From contig NMRA01000021.1 of NCBI GenBank assembly GCA_002633005.1, positions 707,677 through 751,222 of the forward strand: 43,546 bases of DNA. Reading direction: 5' to 3'. Source of the stretch: Phoronis australis (lineage: Eukaryota; Animalia; Phoronida). The translations under genes and the position numbers were made by a program. The stretch's first letter is position 1. Every line of letters begins with the position of its first letter. Of this stretch, positions 19,641 to 31,723 are shown piece by piece. The notes beneath the pieces are model-generated. The model was not told where the DNA came from. It was given only the letters and a program-made list of their open reading frames with translations, and searched no databases.

Positions 19641-19760
19641 AGTCTTAGGGTCTGGTTGCAGATTTACATCAAGTCCTAGGTCTGGGTACAACTTTGCATC
19701 AAGTCCTAGGTCTGGCTACAGTTTTACATCAAGTCCTAGGTCTGGCTACAGCTTTACATC
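19641..19760. repeat. 30-bp tandem repeat, about 4 copies
   Basis: Unit TCTGGCTACAGTTTTACATCAAGTCCTAGG with variants. Confidence 0.9.
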
Positions 19761-21765
19761 CACTTGGCCAATTAAAACATGTTCACAACTTTATCCTTGA
19801 ACAATGTACAAACCAGGTAACTAAGCATAGACTAGACATTGCAACTTCTAATTTCTATCCATAAATTTTCACTCATGAATCAACAATAAATTAAGAGGAC
19901 CTTTATTATGCAGAACCATGGAATTCTAATAACATAACAATCAATGAGCCAAATGTTCAAACCTGTGAAAACTATCAATTAATTTTACAAACTTATCTAA
20001 GGAAAATTGGTTACAACCAAGTTGGACTCGCCTAACCATCAAGTCTACTATTCCTGACTAGTTTCAAATACTGCGTTCACACGCAGCGGAGTATATGGCA
20101 TTGGAACACCGGCCTTTAAGCCATAGGTGGTCTATCTGTCACAATTTTAAACCACTTGGAAATGTAACACATTTATTAACTGGCATAAACCAAGCTTCAC
20201 TGGCATACCATGAAGTTAATGGTTCTAAACATTTAAAGTTTTATAAGCAACCAGATCATGGTGTGAAATGATGAGATGGAACAGAGTTTGTATTTATATA
20301 TCAACACTGTTTCAGTACTGTACAATAAATTTCTAATCTGTTCAGAATAAAAGCTAGATGTGTTCACGGAGCCACAACAGTTTGTATTTCAAATTTGCTT
20401 TCACGCAATCTCACGGGTAAAACGTTTTCTTCCAAAAAAATGGATTTTAAAAGAACATTGTCGACCAGAGCATTACTAACCGATCCACTTATAATGCAAA
20501 CACATGAATCAATATAAAGAAACCATGTTAGTTTGACAACAACAGATGCGACTAGAGGCTGTACATGGCAAGACTGAAATATTATATGTCCTACAACAAA
20601 AATACCTTTTACTCCACGTAATAAACAACAAAACTGTCCAGGCTAACAACATTAAGTCAAGAAAATCTAAAGACAATTGATAAGAATTGCTAAGTCATGA
20701 TTTACATACCTGTACTCAATATACAACAGTTTTACCCGTCAGATTTACTACTCTTAAAACTCATTCCTAGATTAAAAATACTGTCGATACTTAGACCAGT
20801 TGATAACACCCCAAATATCAAAGTTTCCCAAATTTTAATTACAACACAAACACTATGAACTTGATCGTTGTTCACGACACCTGGTGTATTGGTCATTTCA
20901 CATCCGAGATTCACTATTCAACATAAAAATCCAAGGTATGCTTTTTGCTAACACCTACTACAAACTAACACGAAATAAAAATGATATTGTATTTTCTACA
21001 ACTCTGCATCCAGTCGGGAACTGTATGTCTGACAGGAAAGGTAATTCAATAATCACCACAGTGGAAAAAACCCTTACCAATCCACAAAACACGTCGCATG
21101 AACCCTTACAACACACTGTAAAGAATCACTATGCACACAATTTTAGTACACAGTGCACGGTAAAAGTTCTTGTGCTCTGTAGCGTTTTGTGGTGATTTCC
21201 ATCACGCAACATTTTCTTAAGTAAGTAGTATCAGTTACCAAATGCTGTCCTAAGTTATATAATGAATCCTGGTGGGGGGTGTAAGAATATACATAACAAC
21301 TGGATCCCTTGCTTATCCATAGTAGAATAGAAGCATAGCAATCACTATTCAAATCTTCTACAATAAGTTAAAAATCAGGACATGAGCAAACCATCAATCT
21401 GTTTCCGTAGACAGCAAGACAGCACACAGTCACTCACAGACAGACTCTTTTAGACAAGTGACTATTCAAAACTATTGTATTCTCAACAAGCATCTAACTT
21501 GGGTTACATCCTTTGTTCTAACCTAGTTTTTTTGCCAACAACTGTTTGGACTCCAAGTTTTGTTTCTACCGTACCTTGCACGGTTAAGTGATCTAGCAAA
21601 TAACTCCGTGAAGAAGTATGAAGAACAGGTTAAGGGGTAAAGAACTGAGAGTTATTATCTAGAGTTATTATCTATGTTAAAATTGTTCACATCAAGGGGA
21701 AAGTGCAATGTTATGAAAATCTATAAATGTTTACCATGATACAACATGACAAACACATCCCACTA

Positions 21766-21966
21766 TCATGTAGTGCAATGTGATGAGCTAGTGAAAAGGT
21801 GTAAAACATTGACCAGGACAAACGTGACAACAGCGCCGATGGTTGAGCCGACCTGTGTGAGGGCACCACACCAGAGGAGGCCATTACGACCGTCATCCCG
21901 GAGGATCATCGCCACCATGACCTTGGAGTATGAGAAAAGACCACTACTGGCCAACCAAACAAGAAT
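21766..21966 (-). CDS. SLC52A3: SLC52 terminal coding exon
   Basis: TTCCAG acceptor ending 21967; ILVWLASSGLFSYSKVMVAMILRDDGRNGLLWCGALTQVGSTIGAVVTFVLVNVLHLFTSSSHCTT then TGA. Confidence 0.94.
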   Translation of the reverse strand: MLVWLASSGLFSYSKVMVAMILRDDGRNGLLWCGALTQVGSTIGAVVTFVLVNVLHLFTSSSHCTT

Positions 21967-24185
21967 CTGGAATAAGGGAGGCAATTAGGATGATTTCATC
22001 AAAAGCACTGTTGTCGTTTTCAAATGCATTGTGGGACACTTGTTTGCTAGTTACATCAAAGATAACTTAGTGATATATTGAGTAAAAACATGATGGAAAA
22101 GAACACTTGCTGGTCGTGCATGTACAATAAATCAACCATCATAGATTTTTTTTCAAAGTATTTGAAGACTTGCATTCTCAGCCAACACTTCAAATTACAC
22201 ATGGAGCTTGATCTGGCTGAAGAAGTGATGTTTCAGCCAACATGGCTATGAATAAAATCCAACATGACAATACATCCCAAGAAATGATGTCTAGGTGAAC
22301 ATGTGAAAGCAAGGTTTCATTAAAAAATACTCACCGTCACGACATCACCGGCCACAGAGTCGTACAGTGGGGGATGGGGGCTCATCCCCGCCAGCACCAG
22401 GGTGTAGACAGCACAACACACCGCTACCACAGTGATTGCACCCAGTGACTTGTAGGACTTGGTGGGAACAAAAAAGGCTACAAAACAGGCGAGCGGGTTC
22501 ATCACATTGCACAGCCTCACCACTAGACTGTATACCAAGGACCCGTACGGAAGAGCTGAATAAGTTTGTGTTGAGGGCAGTACACCATTACTGAGAGCGT
22601 TGACTACTGTGATAAGTGACAATAAATAAACGTAGTCAAAACGCTCAAGTTTGCCATCTTCTGGTTCAGGCTCACCTGCTGGTGTGACAGGAGATTGTGG
22701 AGGAGGCATTTCCTCCCGATCTTCGAGCACGGGGTGCAGATCGGGGCGTGAGAAAGTCAACTCCATTGGACCAAAACTTGATGTCCTGCGACTTGAAGGC
22801 TTGAAGGAATGTTGGCGTGTTATTGACGTTACCGAGTGGTAGCGTCGACGGCATGGTGTCGATGTTGGTGGCTCAAACACACTGTCATTGTCATCTTGGT
22901 CGGTTGCATCAGGTAGACCCCCCGTAGTCATAGCACCTGGTGTGGAACAGTGTTTCACACGAGTCTTCTCTGAAAAATTGTTACGTATCGGACTCGGCAG
23001 GTCAGTCTCATCTGTGTGGGTCAACTTTCCGAGCGGAGAACGAACTCTGACGTCAGCAACTCCGGCTACAGGAGTTAGTGGCTTTCTCTCTGGGAATGTC
23101 TCGAAATATTTGGCTTCTTCATGTGGGCTAGAATCATTCAGATGGCCATTTTCTGTGTCTTTATCACCAGAGGGCGCCCCTGGTTCATCTTCCGTCAGGT
23201 GGTAACCTTTACAATGTGGCAAGAAGTTCAACAAGATGAATGCAATACCGCACACTGTCATCATCACAAACAGAAAGAAATAGAAATCTTCGACGGAAAA
23301 ATTGGGTTCCAGAAGAACCATAACTACTTTCCAGTCTTCGACTACTTCAGTGGTCCCATTAATTGTCTTATTAACGAGAACTGAGACATTTGTACAATTG
23401 TAATTCCCAGCCCCTTGCCCAAGAGACACTAAGCTTGGTGTGAGACCACTGAAACCCTCCCCGATGTAAAAAGCCGTCATGTATTCTTCTGGGAAAATGG
23501 CCATGAATGGCAAAAAGACAACGGATGAAGTACAGTCTACGAACGCCAGAAAGAAAGTTAATAGTAACAATGCTGTACTATGCTCAACACCACCAATGTA
23601 AGATGTGTCACGCCAAAAGAATGCCAGTAAGAAACATGACACAGCACCAACGATGACGATAGCGTACACTACAGGTTTTTCTTTCACTTTGTTTGGATTC
23701 AATGTAAACGCAACAAAGAATATTAAAGGTCCGATATTGGCTAGCTGAATGGCGACGGAGAGATAGGATGGAAGGTCCCAACCTTCAGGAAGCTGAGGGA
23801 CAAGCAGCGGTAGCTCCACCCAGATGCCATTGATGGCAATCCACGAGCCTGAACCGAATATTATGACTAATAAGTACACAAGTACAGACATATTGTTACA
23901 GCAATTACACAGTAAAAACTTTTGACTGCCAGCTTCCACTTTCACTTCAACGTCATTATCCACAGGCTCCGGCTTCTGGTGTGACTGTAGCCTTGATTCT
24001 GTCAACTGATTGTCTGCCTCCACATCCAGACGGAGGCCCAGTTTGTTCCTTTGCTGGGCAGGAGTTGTCCCCCCTCCCGAGTACAACAGTTCATGTTCCC
24101 CAGAAGACATGGTTTTTGAGCCTAGAAGAGGGGTGTCTGAGCCATGTAATGAGTTGTCTTCATTGCTGTCACTTTGTTGAGACAT
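21766..24185 (-). CDS. SLC52A3: SLC52-family riboflavin transporter (RFVT / SLC52A3-like), 2 coding exons, 683 aa
   Basis: complement(join(21766..21966,22335..24185)). Family motifs FGSGSWIAINGIWVELPLLV..LPEGWDLPSYL, QLANIGP, VDCTSSV.FLPFM, GEGFSGL.PSLV, NALSNGVLPSTQTYSALPYG, SYSKVM, LLWCGA.TQ.GS. In-frame TGA upstream of ATG 24185. Orthology to a single vertebrate paralog cannot be resolved. Confidence 0.95.
22335..24185 (-). CDS. SLC52A3: SLC52 large first coding exon (617 codons)
   Basis: Part of ORF 22320..24194; acceptor CTTTTCAG at 24220-24213 implies upstream non-coding exon(s); donor GTGAGT at 22334, phase 0. Confidence 0.94.
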
Positions 24186-25389
24186 TGTAGCCACTCCTGA
24201 TCATTCTGGTAACTGAAAAGGAAGGTGATCACTCAGTTTAATATCATCGCCTTGAGATCTGGGACATATACAGAAGAGGCAAATAATAAAACGATTGTTT
24301 GGATTTATTTGACCGTGCCAGCTTATTTTAATCTTTTAAAGCATACCTCTAGTCAGTGTTCTCCACAACCTGTTTTTGACTTGTCACTGCGTCGAGTTTG
24401 AATTTTGTCATAACGAGTTTGGCTTTCTTGGTTCGAGTTTGAAAGCCTATGCAACGAGTTTGCAGTATCGGTAGATCAGTCATTTCTTACGCAAAATTAT
24501 TACTAACTTAGTTGTCATTGTAGTTAGCAGTTACCAGTAGCTGCAACAATTTTGTTCTTGAGCATACGTTTACATTAACGAACAGGTTGGGGCTGCACCT
24601 TTCCTGCAGGAGGGGATATCAGGCATTCATACTAAAGGTACATAAGCTCTTATGATTGTGACAAGACCATGGCACCATAGATATTAGTAAAGAGATTCGC
24701 AACTCCGTGAAGTCTCGCGGCCTAACGCAAAAGTACGTGAGCAGGATTCAAAACTTCCGGTCTCATGGCTAAGCATAGTAACGAAGGTGAACTTTGGTTT
24801 TCATTTCACGCACGTCAAGCACATTTTTGAGTTTGAAATTAATTTGTTGTGTTTAATTCAAACTAAATCGCGTATGCGAGCCATTCAAGTCGGGTTATTG
24901 GTACGAAACGTGTCGTAATTGACTTGACAAGTTGTTGCTGGCACAGTTCAACACACGAATCGAGGAGTTTGGCCCAATGAAAAGGTTGAGCTAAATGGAT
25001 AATTCTTTTCACCAGTTGAATTCTCAGTCATTTACGTTGAAATTTAGTTTGAATTTTGTATCGACCTAAATGCAGTTTCTCATTCGTCACTACGTTTACA
25101 ATACATAAGCCATGGTTTACCAATATATCCAAAATTCAGCAAGAACGAATTTTTGCCATTTTTCATGATTTTCAGAAGCTCATATATATTAGCATGATGA
25201 AAAGTGGTGGACAATGAAAAGTATGCCATCGAAATATTTAAACTTTCTTCTTTATATTGATATACGCTTCAACAAATGGGGGAAATCACGAATATTTTTA
25301 AAAATCGAAGTACTGCAGCACTTGAGAAGGGGATAAATTTTCAGTTGCTAAATGGCCTTTACTGAACCGATTTTAATGATATGTATATC

Positions 25390-25546
25390 CAGGGGCGGAT
25401 CCAGGATTTTGTGTTAGAGGGATAAGAGCAGAGTATTAGCCAGGATTTTGTCATTCAGACATTGGCACTCCCGATCTGCCAAATGGAATCTGGGGGAATT
25501 TTAGGGGGGGTGTAGCCCTCTTGGCCCCCCTCTAAATCCGCTATTG
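25390..25546. mobile_element. Small hAT-like MITE with apparent 5-bp TSD
   Basis: CAGGGGCGGATCCAG ... CTAAATCCGCTATTG imperfect TIRs; flanks ATATC / ATGTC. Confidence 0.65.
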
Positions 25547-28500
25547 ATGTCAAACTGCTAAAAACATCTGCCTTAAGTGTACACTTTTATTTGTTTTTTT
25601 GATAAAAGTATGGGAAAATGTAGTTTTTTTTAATTTAATGCCTTGTTAATTTCTAACCTGGAAAAATCCTGCAAGTGTACTCTCAACGTAACAATTACTA
25701 TCGTGTCCTAATCCATTCCTCATCAAATATTTTTCACTTCATCTCATCATTTCCATTTAGCAATACTTCCAAACAAGGTAAATTCAGTCATTTTCAAGAA
25801 CCATGCAGACCTTTCCAGGGTTAAAACTGAACTCAAATTTGATTGGTCAAATGGATTAAACAGAACCAGTCAAAACTTCCCTAAATTACATAAAGTGACC
25901 CAAATTGGTGAAATATTTTCATTATAACAGTACAGAATATTTTTAAAATTCATTTAACTTCAGTTTTGGGGATAGATTCAGTCTATTTTCTTCAAAAATA
26001 ATTTTGTTACATGTTTTCTACCTTGTGGTGCTGTGATCAGTTTCATTTTTAAAAAAATTATATTTTGCATTAAAATAATTGTTTATTCAAGGCTGCAGTA
26101 CATCAAAACCGTTTAGAATACGAGTATGCTCTTTTTGGATGGTCACTAACACAACACCTCTCAATTCTTATATTATTTGACAGGAATGAACTTGATTTAA
26201 ATTTCATTGAAATTTTATTGTCCATTTAATTTTGTTTAATTAAAAATGCACATGATCATTTTCATCATATGGTGAGTAACTTAAGATTGTGAAAACATTG
26301 ATCTCACTTGGGGAAAAAAGAATAATTCGTATAACCTCAAAGATTTTTGAACAAATGACGAAATACTCTGAAAAAACTAGGTTTCTGGTTTTTGCTATTT
26401 TTGAAATCATTTGTTACACCAATTTCATTTTTATAATTGTTTTGAAATATTTTGGAACAAAAGAAATATTTTCACCAAACCATGGTAATTCTTGAAGTGC
26501 TTTGTCGTTTTAAAAGTGGTTTGGTGACGATATGTTGTTAACATACAAAAATTACTTGTAAATTAAGGACTCTATCTTGTTTTAGCAACACAGTATGCTA
26601 TGGATTCCCAAATATAATTGTCTAAACTTCATATTTTTGTGGCCTGAAAATTTTGGGTGCTATTTGCTGAAAAAAGGCTATTTTTGAGGCTGCAAAAATT
26701 AAAAAACTCCAGAGCCGCCTAAACAATTTCAAAAATATATATAAATGGCTAAAGCTACCATTTTAGACTATTGAAGTGTTTCTGATGAAATTTGTATTTT
26801 GCTTTGCTCTGACATCTCTATTTTGTAAAACATAGTATGCAAAGGGTGTTTTTGTATTCGTTCTCATCAATGTATGCAACACTTTATGTAATGTTGTTAT
26901 GTTTTTTCCTGTTTGTTAGTGTAAAAATCCCATTGCATATCCGTGTTGTCATTTTTCACATACCAATTGTAAAGTAATGCAGGGGAATCCCAGACCCCTG
27001 TTACTTACTCATTGGAACTGGGAAAATAAAAAAAATGAAAAATGTCTATTTTGTGTGTTCTGTGCTATCTGATAACCACTAAAAATAAGGCTGACAGAAC
27101 AACTTTCATAACCCGAGTCTTTACCTCTCATGTTCTCTATTTCAGATTTTGTGGTATTTTGTTTCAGTTGGTGGTTTCATTTCATGTTATAACTTTTTTC
27201 TTCTGCAGGCAGGCATATAACACTTAAAACTGAATTCCCTTCACTGTGTATAAAGTTCAAAAACTTAATTTATAAAAAATATACTATACAAGTTTCCTTT
27301 CGAACATTGAATATCTATTGGGGTCACAAAACCCTAAAGAAAATTACAGTGCCAACTGGTCCTTCCAAATTTTGACGTTTTCAATTCAATCGCTGGTTAT
27401 CTCCACTAATCAATAGTGGCACTGATTCTGTTGTAGCAATTAAACATTCACGCTCAATGCGATACTGAAAATTAGCTCTTTTTGTTAAAATGCCATAGAA
27501 GAGTCCTGGGGGAAAAGTTCACTTTCACAAAATCACGTTCCAGATACAACTCTGCGTTCCATATTACTTTATAGATATTCTATGTATTTGTAACATTTAG
27601 AGGATGTTCAGAAGCTGAAAGAGAGGAATAGACATTAGGTCTTAATGTGCATGCCCACCTTTATAATCATTTTTATGTATCACTTGCCAAGAAACTGTGG
27701 AGAATATGTCAACTCAGTCGACATGGAGAGCATGATGTGCTGCCATTGAAAATATTGAGAGTCCTTTTTGATTACATTCACGAAGCCCATTTTGAATGAG
27801 CAGCAAACAGGATCATGCTGCACTTGTTAGCGCGACATTCTTGTAACCCCCTCCATTTGTCAGTCTTTGCAGTATTTCACACCTGCTGTGTACCATTGCA
27901 TATTTAATTACCTTTTACTTTGTGACGGTATTACTGAGTCATTTTATTATTTCCACTTGATGAAACAGGTATTTTCGAAATATCGTGTGTCGTCTCTTGG
28001 TCAGTTTCTTTCCCAATGTTCTGGCGATGCGAACGGAATGGAATAAAGATTGTTAACAGCAACAAGTGTCATGTATCGAACCAATTTTGCATAATCGTAG
28101 CTATGTTTAGAAGTTGCCTTACAATGTACTTTTGGCCTATGATAGTAGTGACAGCAAGTTTTTGACACTCAAGTTTTGCAAATGATTATGATATGTCAAT
28201 GTCAGTTAGCCTTTGGCCTTCCCCCTGGAACAAACTGTGTGTGAATTACAAATATTTATTATGTAACATTGTTACAAATTCATTTTTGTTGGTTAATACT
28301 TGTGCTTATGATTATGAGCTGATTTGTACGGTACTGAATTTAAACAAACATCAATACTAATTGGAACAAAAAATCAGCTGATGCGACTGTGTAAGTGTAA
28401 ATGATAAACACGGGAAAATCAGCTGAAGACGTTTCTGGCGTTAATAACTCATAACATGTCTGAATTATCTTGTGAATGTTTTAATTGACATGACAGAGAA

Positions 28501-28559
28501 CAGTATACGCATTTTATTTTTTTCAAGTCTTCAACACTCCAAAAAATCAAGCAATTCGA

Positions 28560-28700
28560 CTCATTACTTTACCAAATCTTGAAACGAGGGAACGACCGCT
28601 CCATAAAACCGGAAGTTTCCTATCCTGCGTGTGCAGCGCCCTCTCGTCGTTAGTGTTTATGTCCCGTGGCCCGCGACATGCGCAACGCGCTCTAACGGGA
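28560..28700 (-). promoter_or_regulatory. Candidate promoter / non-coding first exon of the SLC52 gene
   Basis: Shift to CpG-rich sequence, ETS motif ACCGGAAGT (28608-28616), CTCF-like CAGCGCCCTCTCGTCG (28634-28649), NRF1-like CATGCGCA, minus-strand donor-like GTAAAG at 28572-28567. Inference only. Confidence 0.35.
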
Positions 28701-31192
28701 GTTGGCAGTCCCTATCTACAGTCTATGATGGCACATTGCAGATGCCGAGATTATCATCATCATGATGAAGACGCGTGTTGCTGACATCTCAGCATTTAGA
28801 ATATATTATAAATATATAATATATATAAAAAGTGTGAGTAACAAATACATAAAGAGCACATCCACTAATCTAAATAAATTTGAAATTCTCCCTTCCGGTT
28901 GAAGTCGGGCTTAGCTTGCATAACATTAACAAGCTCGTGCAAGCGCAGGTCACGTGCCCAGAATTGCCAGAAATTGCATAAGCGTGGTCTCAAGTAAATA
29001 ACAAACTAACAGTACTTTTGAAGACATAAAAGCATACTTGAGCAATTTAACTCCCACATTCATAGTGGTGTGTGGGACCATAGATGTACTATAGTCTATG
29101 GTGGGACTAAGTGCAAAGCACCGTGGGTTTACCACCGATTTTTAAAACATTTCCGGTGGCTATGGCAATTCGGCACTATCAGAGTATCAGTGAGTAAGTG
29201 CGGCAACTCACGCCTAACCATTGACATCAACTTACCAAATTTATAACAGTAAACATGATAGCCTCTTTCGCCTGACAAAAATGCGGAAACCGAACAGAAA
29301 CTATAAGTTGTTCACGCTGTTCGATCACTGACATTGTTCAACCCGACGAGTGGTATTCAAGGTTGTTATAGAAAATCTCATAATCTGAAGCATTCACACT
29401 TTAAGAAGCTCAAAGTCGGTCTCATTCACGGACGTAGTTCACACGCTCGCTGGTTCCCTGCTTGTCCGCTAGGGGTAAACAAACTGGCATGAAGTGTAAA
29501 TGTGCCATGTAGTTTCTGGTCTAGTGTTGTACAGACAAATCGCTTAATTCATGTTCAAGAAATGTGAATCAGAAAGTTGTGCATGGTTGTGCCTTTTCCG
29601 AGTGCATTTTTTACTGTCACTGACCTGTCCTGTATTGAGAATTACACATTGGTTAAATGAGTCAGCCATATATGTCGCCGTGCCTGCTGTGCTTCAAGCA
29701 CGCGGATTTACATTACTGCAGAAACGAAATATTTGCTGTCACGCCACGACTAGGCTAAAAATCGTTCATAATCCGTCATTTTCCGTAAAGCTAACTATAT
29801 GACTGTCGAGCTAGGTTACATCAACCACTAAAAACGCGCGTGCTACTGAATGATATATACCTGCGTGTTCCCCCTAGCGCACGCGCTGAAGCAGGGAACG
29901 TCAGCGCGGCGATGAGGCGGGCGCCCGGCCAACTGAGGGCGCTTTTTCCTTTCGTGCTGTTCCAACACACAGTACAGCCCCCAACTCTTGGTTTAAAACA
30001 CACTGTGTTATGAGTTATGCAATTGACAAGCAGTTTATGATTTGTTGCCTCGTAAATGTGGTCAGCTTTCCACTAAGTCATTAGTGCCTATTTTCCAACT
30101 GCTGGTTTAGGCCTATGATTGCCACATTTTAATTGTTGCACGCGCCCAACTAATTAATAACGCCGAATGACTTGAGTGCCGCTGTGCACTTTGAGGCCTG
30201 CAAAACTGAATTCATTGGCGAACTAACTTGCTCAAATATGAACCTTTAATTTCAGTTTATCAAAATGTTCCATTTAGCTTCCCCGCTGTGCAGGCCTACG
30301 GTCGCCGATAAACAACACACAATTGCATGGAATTGGACGATTTTTCAGCTACATCATCAGAATGGAAAATTACCCTTAAGCATTTTCAAATGACAAAAAA
30401 TGATCCCTGCACCCGCATGACGAATTTCTCAGAGTCAAGTTTATTGACGACTGAGTAGGCAGCGGCCGACATGACAGGCCTCGCCGCACTATATTCAACT
30501 AGCTGTCAATCAAGGTTTTAGTAGTCAGTCTGCACGGAATGCCGTGCCGCGTGTGTGTGCGTGCGTGCTTGCGCGCGCGCGCGTTCGTATGTAGTGGTTT
30601 GTGCCCGGCAGTCACGGTGTGTCTCGTGTGCATGACTTTGCGTAGTCATTGTATACTATGCGAAATTTTATGACAAGAATTGTCGGTGTACGGTTATTTC
30701 CTCAGTATAGCGGACCATAAATGTATGTATTTTTGTACAATATGATGCATTGTTTACCAAGTTGTCTAGGTCATTGTGATGTACTTCAATTTCTGGCCAC
30801 TAGCGCCGCCGCCCGGCAGCCAACCTTGTCAGTTCATATAAGCGCGCCAAGATTCGGTCATATGCTTAGAACCATGCGTGTGCTGCCATCAAGATATAGT
30901 AGGCTTGCACGAGCAGAACCAGGCTGTTGGCTGGAGCCCCTACTTAACTTTTCGACGTGTCAGCAGTGTGCAATCGGAGGGCCGGCCCCGGATGACCCAG
31001 TGGCGGATCTGGGATATCACAAGGGGGGGGGCAACATTTTGTCCAGCTGTAAGCATTTGCGCAAACTGAACCACGATTGTAGATGCGCATAACACCCTCC
31101 CGCCAAGGAAATTTTTCTGTTTTTACCTCTAAAAATCAAGCATTTTCCTTGATTCCTGAAGTATTATCCAATAAAAAAGGCAAAAAAAAAAC

Positions 31193-31474
31193 NNNNNNNN
31201 NNNNNNNNNNNNNNNNNNNNNNNNNNNNNNNNNNNNNNNNNNNNNNNNNNNNNNNNNNNNNNNNNNNNNNNNNNNNNNNNNNNNNNNNNNNNNNNNNNNN
31301 NNNNNNNNNNNNNNNNNNNNNNNNNNNNNNNNNNNNNNNNNNNNNNNNNNNNNNNNNNNNNNNNNNNNNNNNNNNNNNNNNNNNNNNNNNNNNNNNNNNN
31401 NNNNNNNNNNNNNNNNNNNNNNNNNNNNNNNNNNNNNNNNNNNNNNNNNNNNNNNNNNNNNNNNNNNNNNNNNN
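31193..31474. other. Assembly gap (282 N)
   Basis: Run of N. Confidence 1.
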
Positions 31475-31723
31475 GGGCCCGTTCCAACAAAACTGACTTA
31501 GCTAAGACAATTCCTAAATCTTACTAACTTTTAAAATAAAAGTTCAATTTGTCTCAAAATTATTTCAAGAAAGAGATGTTAAGCTTGATTTAAATGTTTG
31601 ACGTACGTTTTGGCTTAATTTTGATGAATTTACCAGATATGGAAGTTTCAAAGTTTGGAAGTTAAGAAAAATCTTAGACTTAAGTCAATAATGAACTTAA
31701 GTCAGTTTCTTGGAACGGGCCCC
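31475..31723. mobile_element. MITE with GGGCCC termini (PIF/Harbinger-like)
   Basis: GGGCCCGTTCCAACAAAACTGACTTAG versus the right end, whose reverse complement reads GGGCCCGTTCCAAGAAACTGACTTAAG; left TSD hidden by the gap. Confidence 0.75.

Noticed and set aside
19641-19760. 30-bp repeat as a 10-aa coding repeat (SGCRFTSSPR-like)
   Set aside because: No start or splice context; lies between two convergent stop codons.
22651-24190. Several plus-strand and alternate-frame ORFs overlapping SLC52
   Set aside because: Shadow ORFs of a real coding exon; no independent motifs.
24354-27750. Possible large hAT-like element (CAGTGTTCTCCACA ... TGTGGAGAATATG) and CCATGGTTT/AAACCATGG pair
   Set aside because: Terminal matches are short and imperfect, and no TSD could be confirmed.
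28934-30914. 12-bp inverted match GCTCGTGCAAGC / GCTTGCACGAGC about 2 kb apart
   Set aside because: A 12-bp inverted match is expected by chance in a window of this size; no extension or TSD.
31083-31496. ORFs spanning the N run
   Set aside because: Artefacts of the assembly gap.
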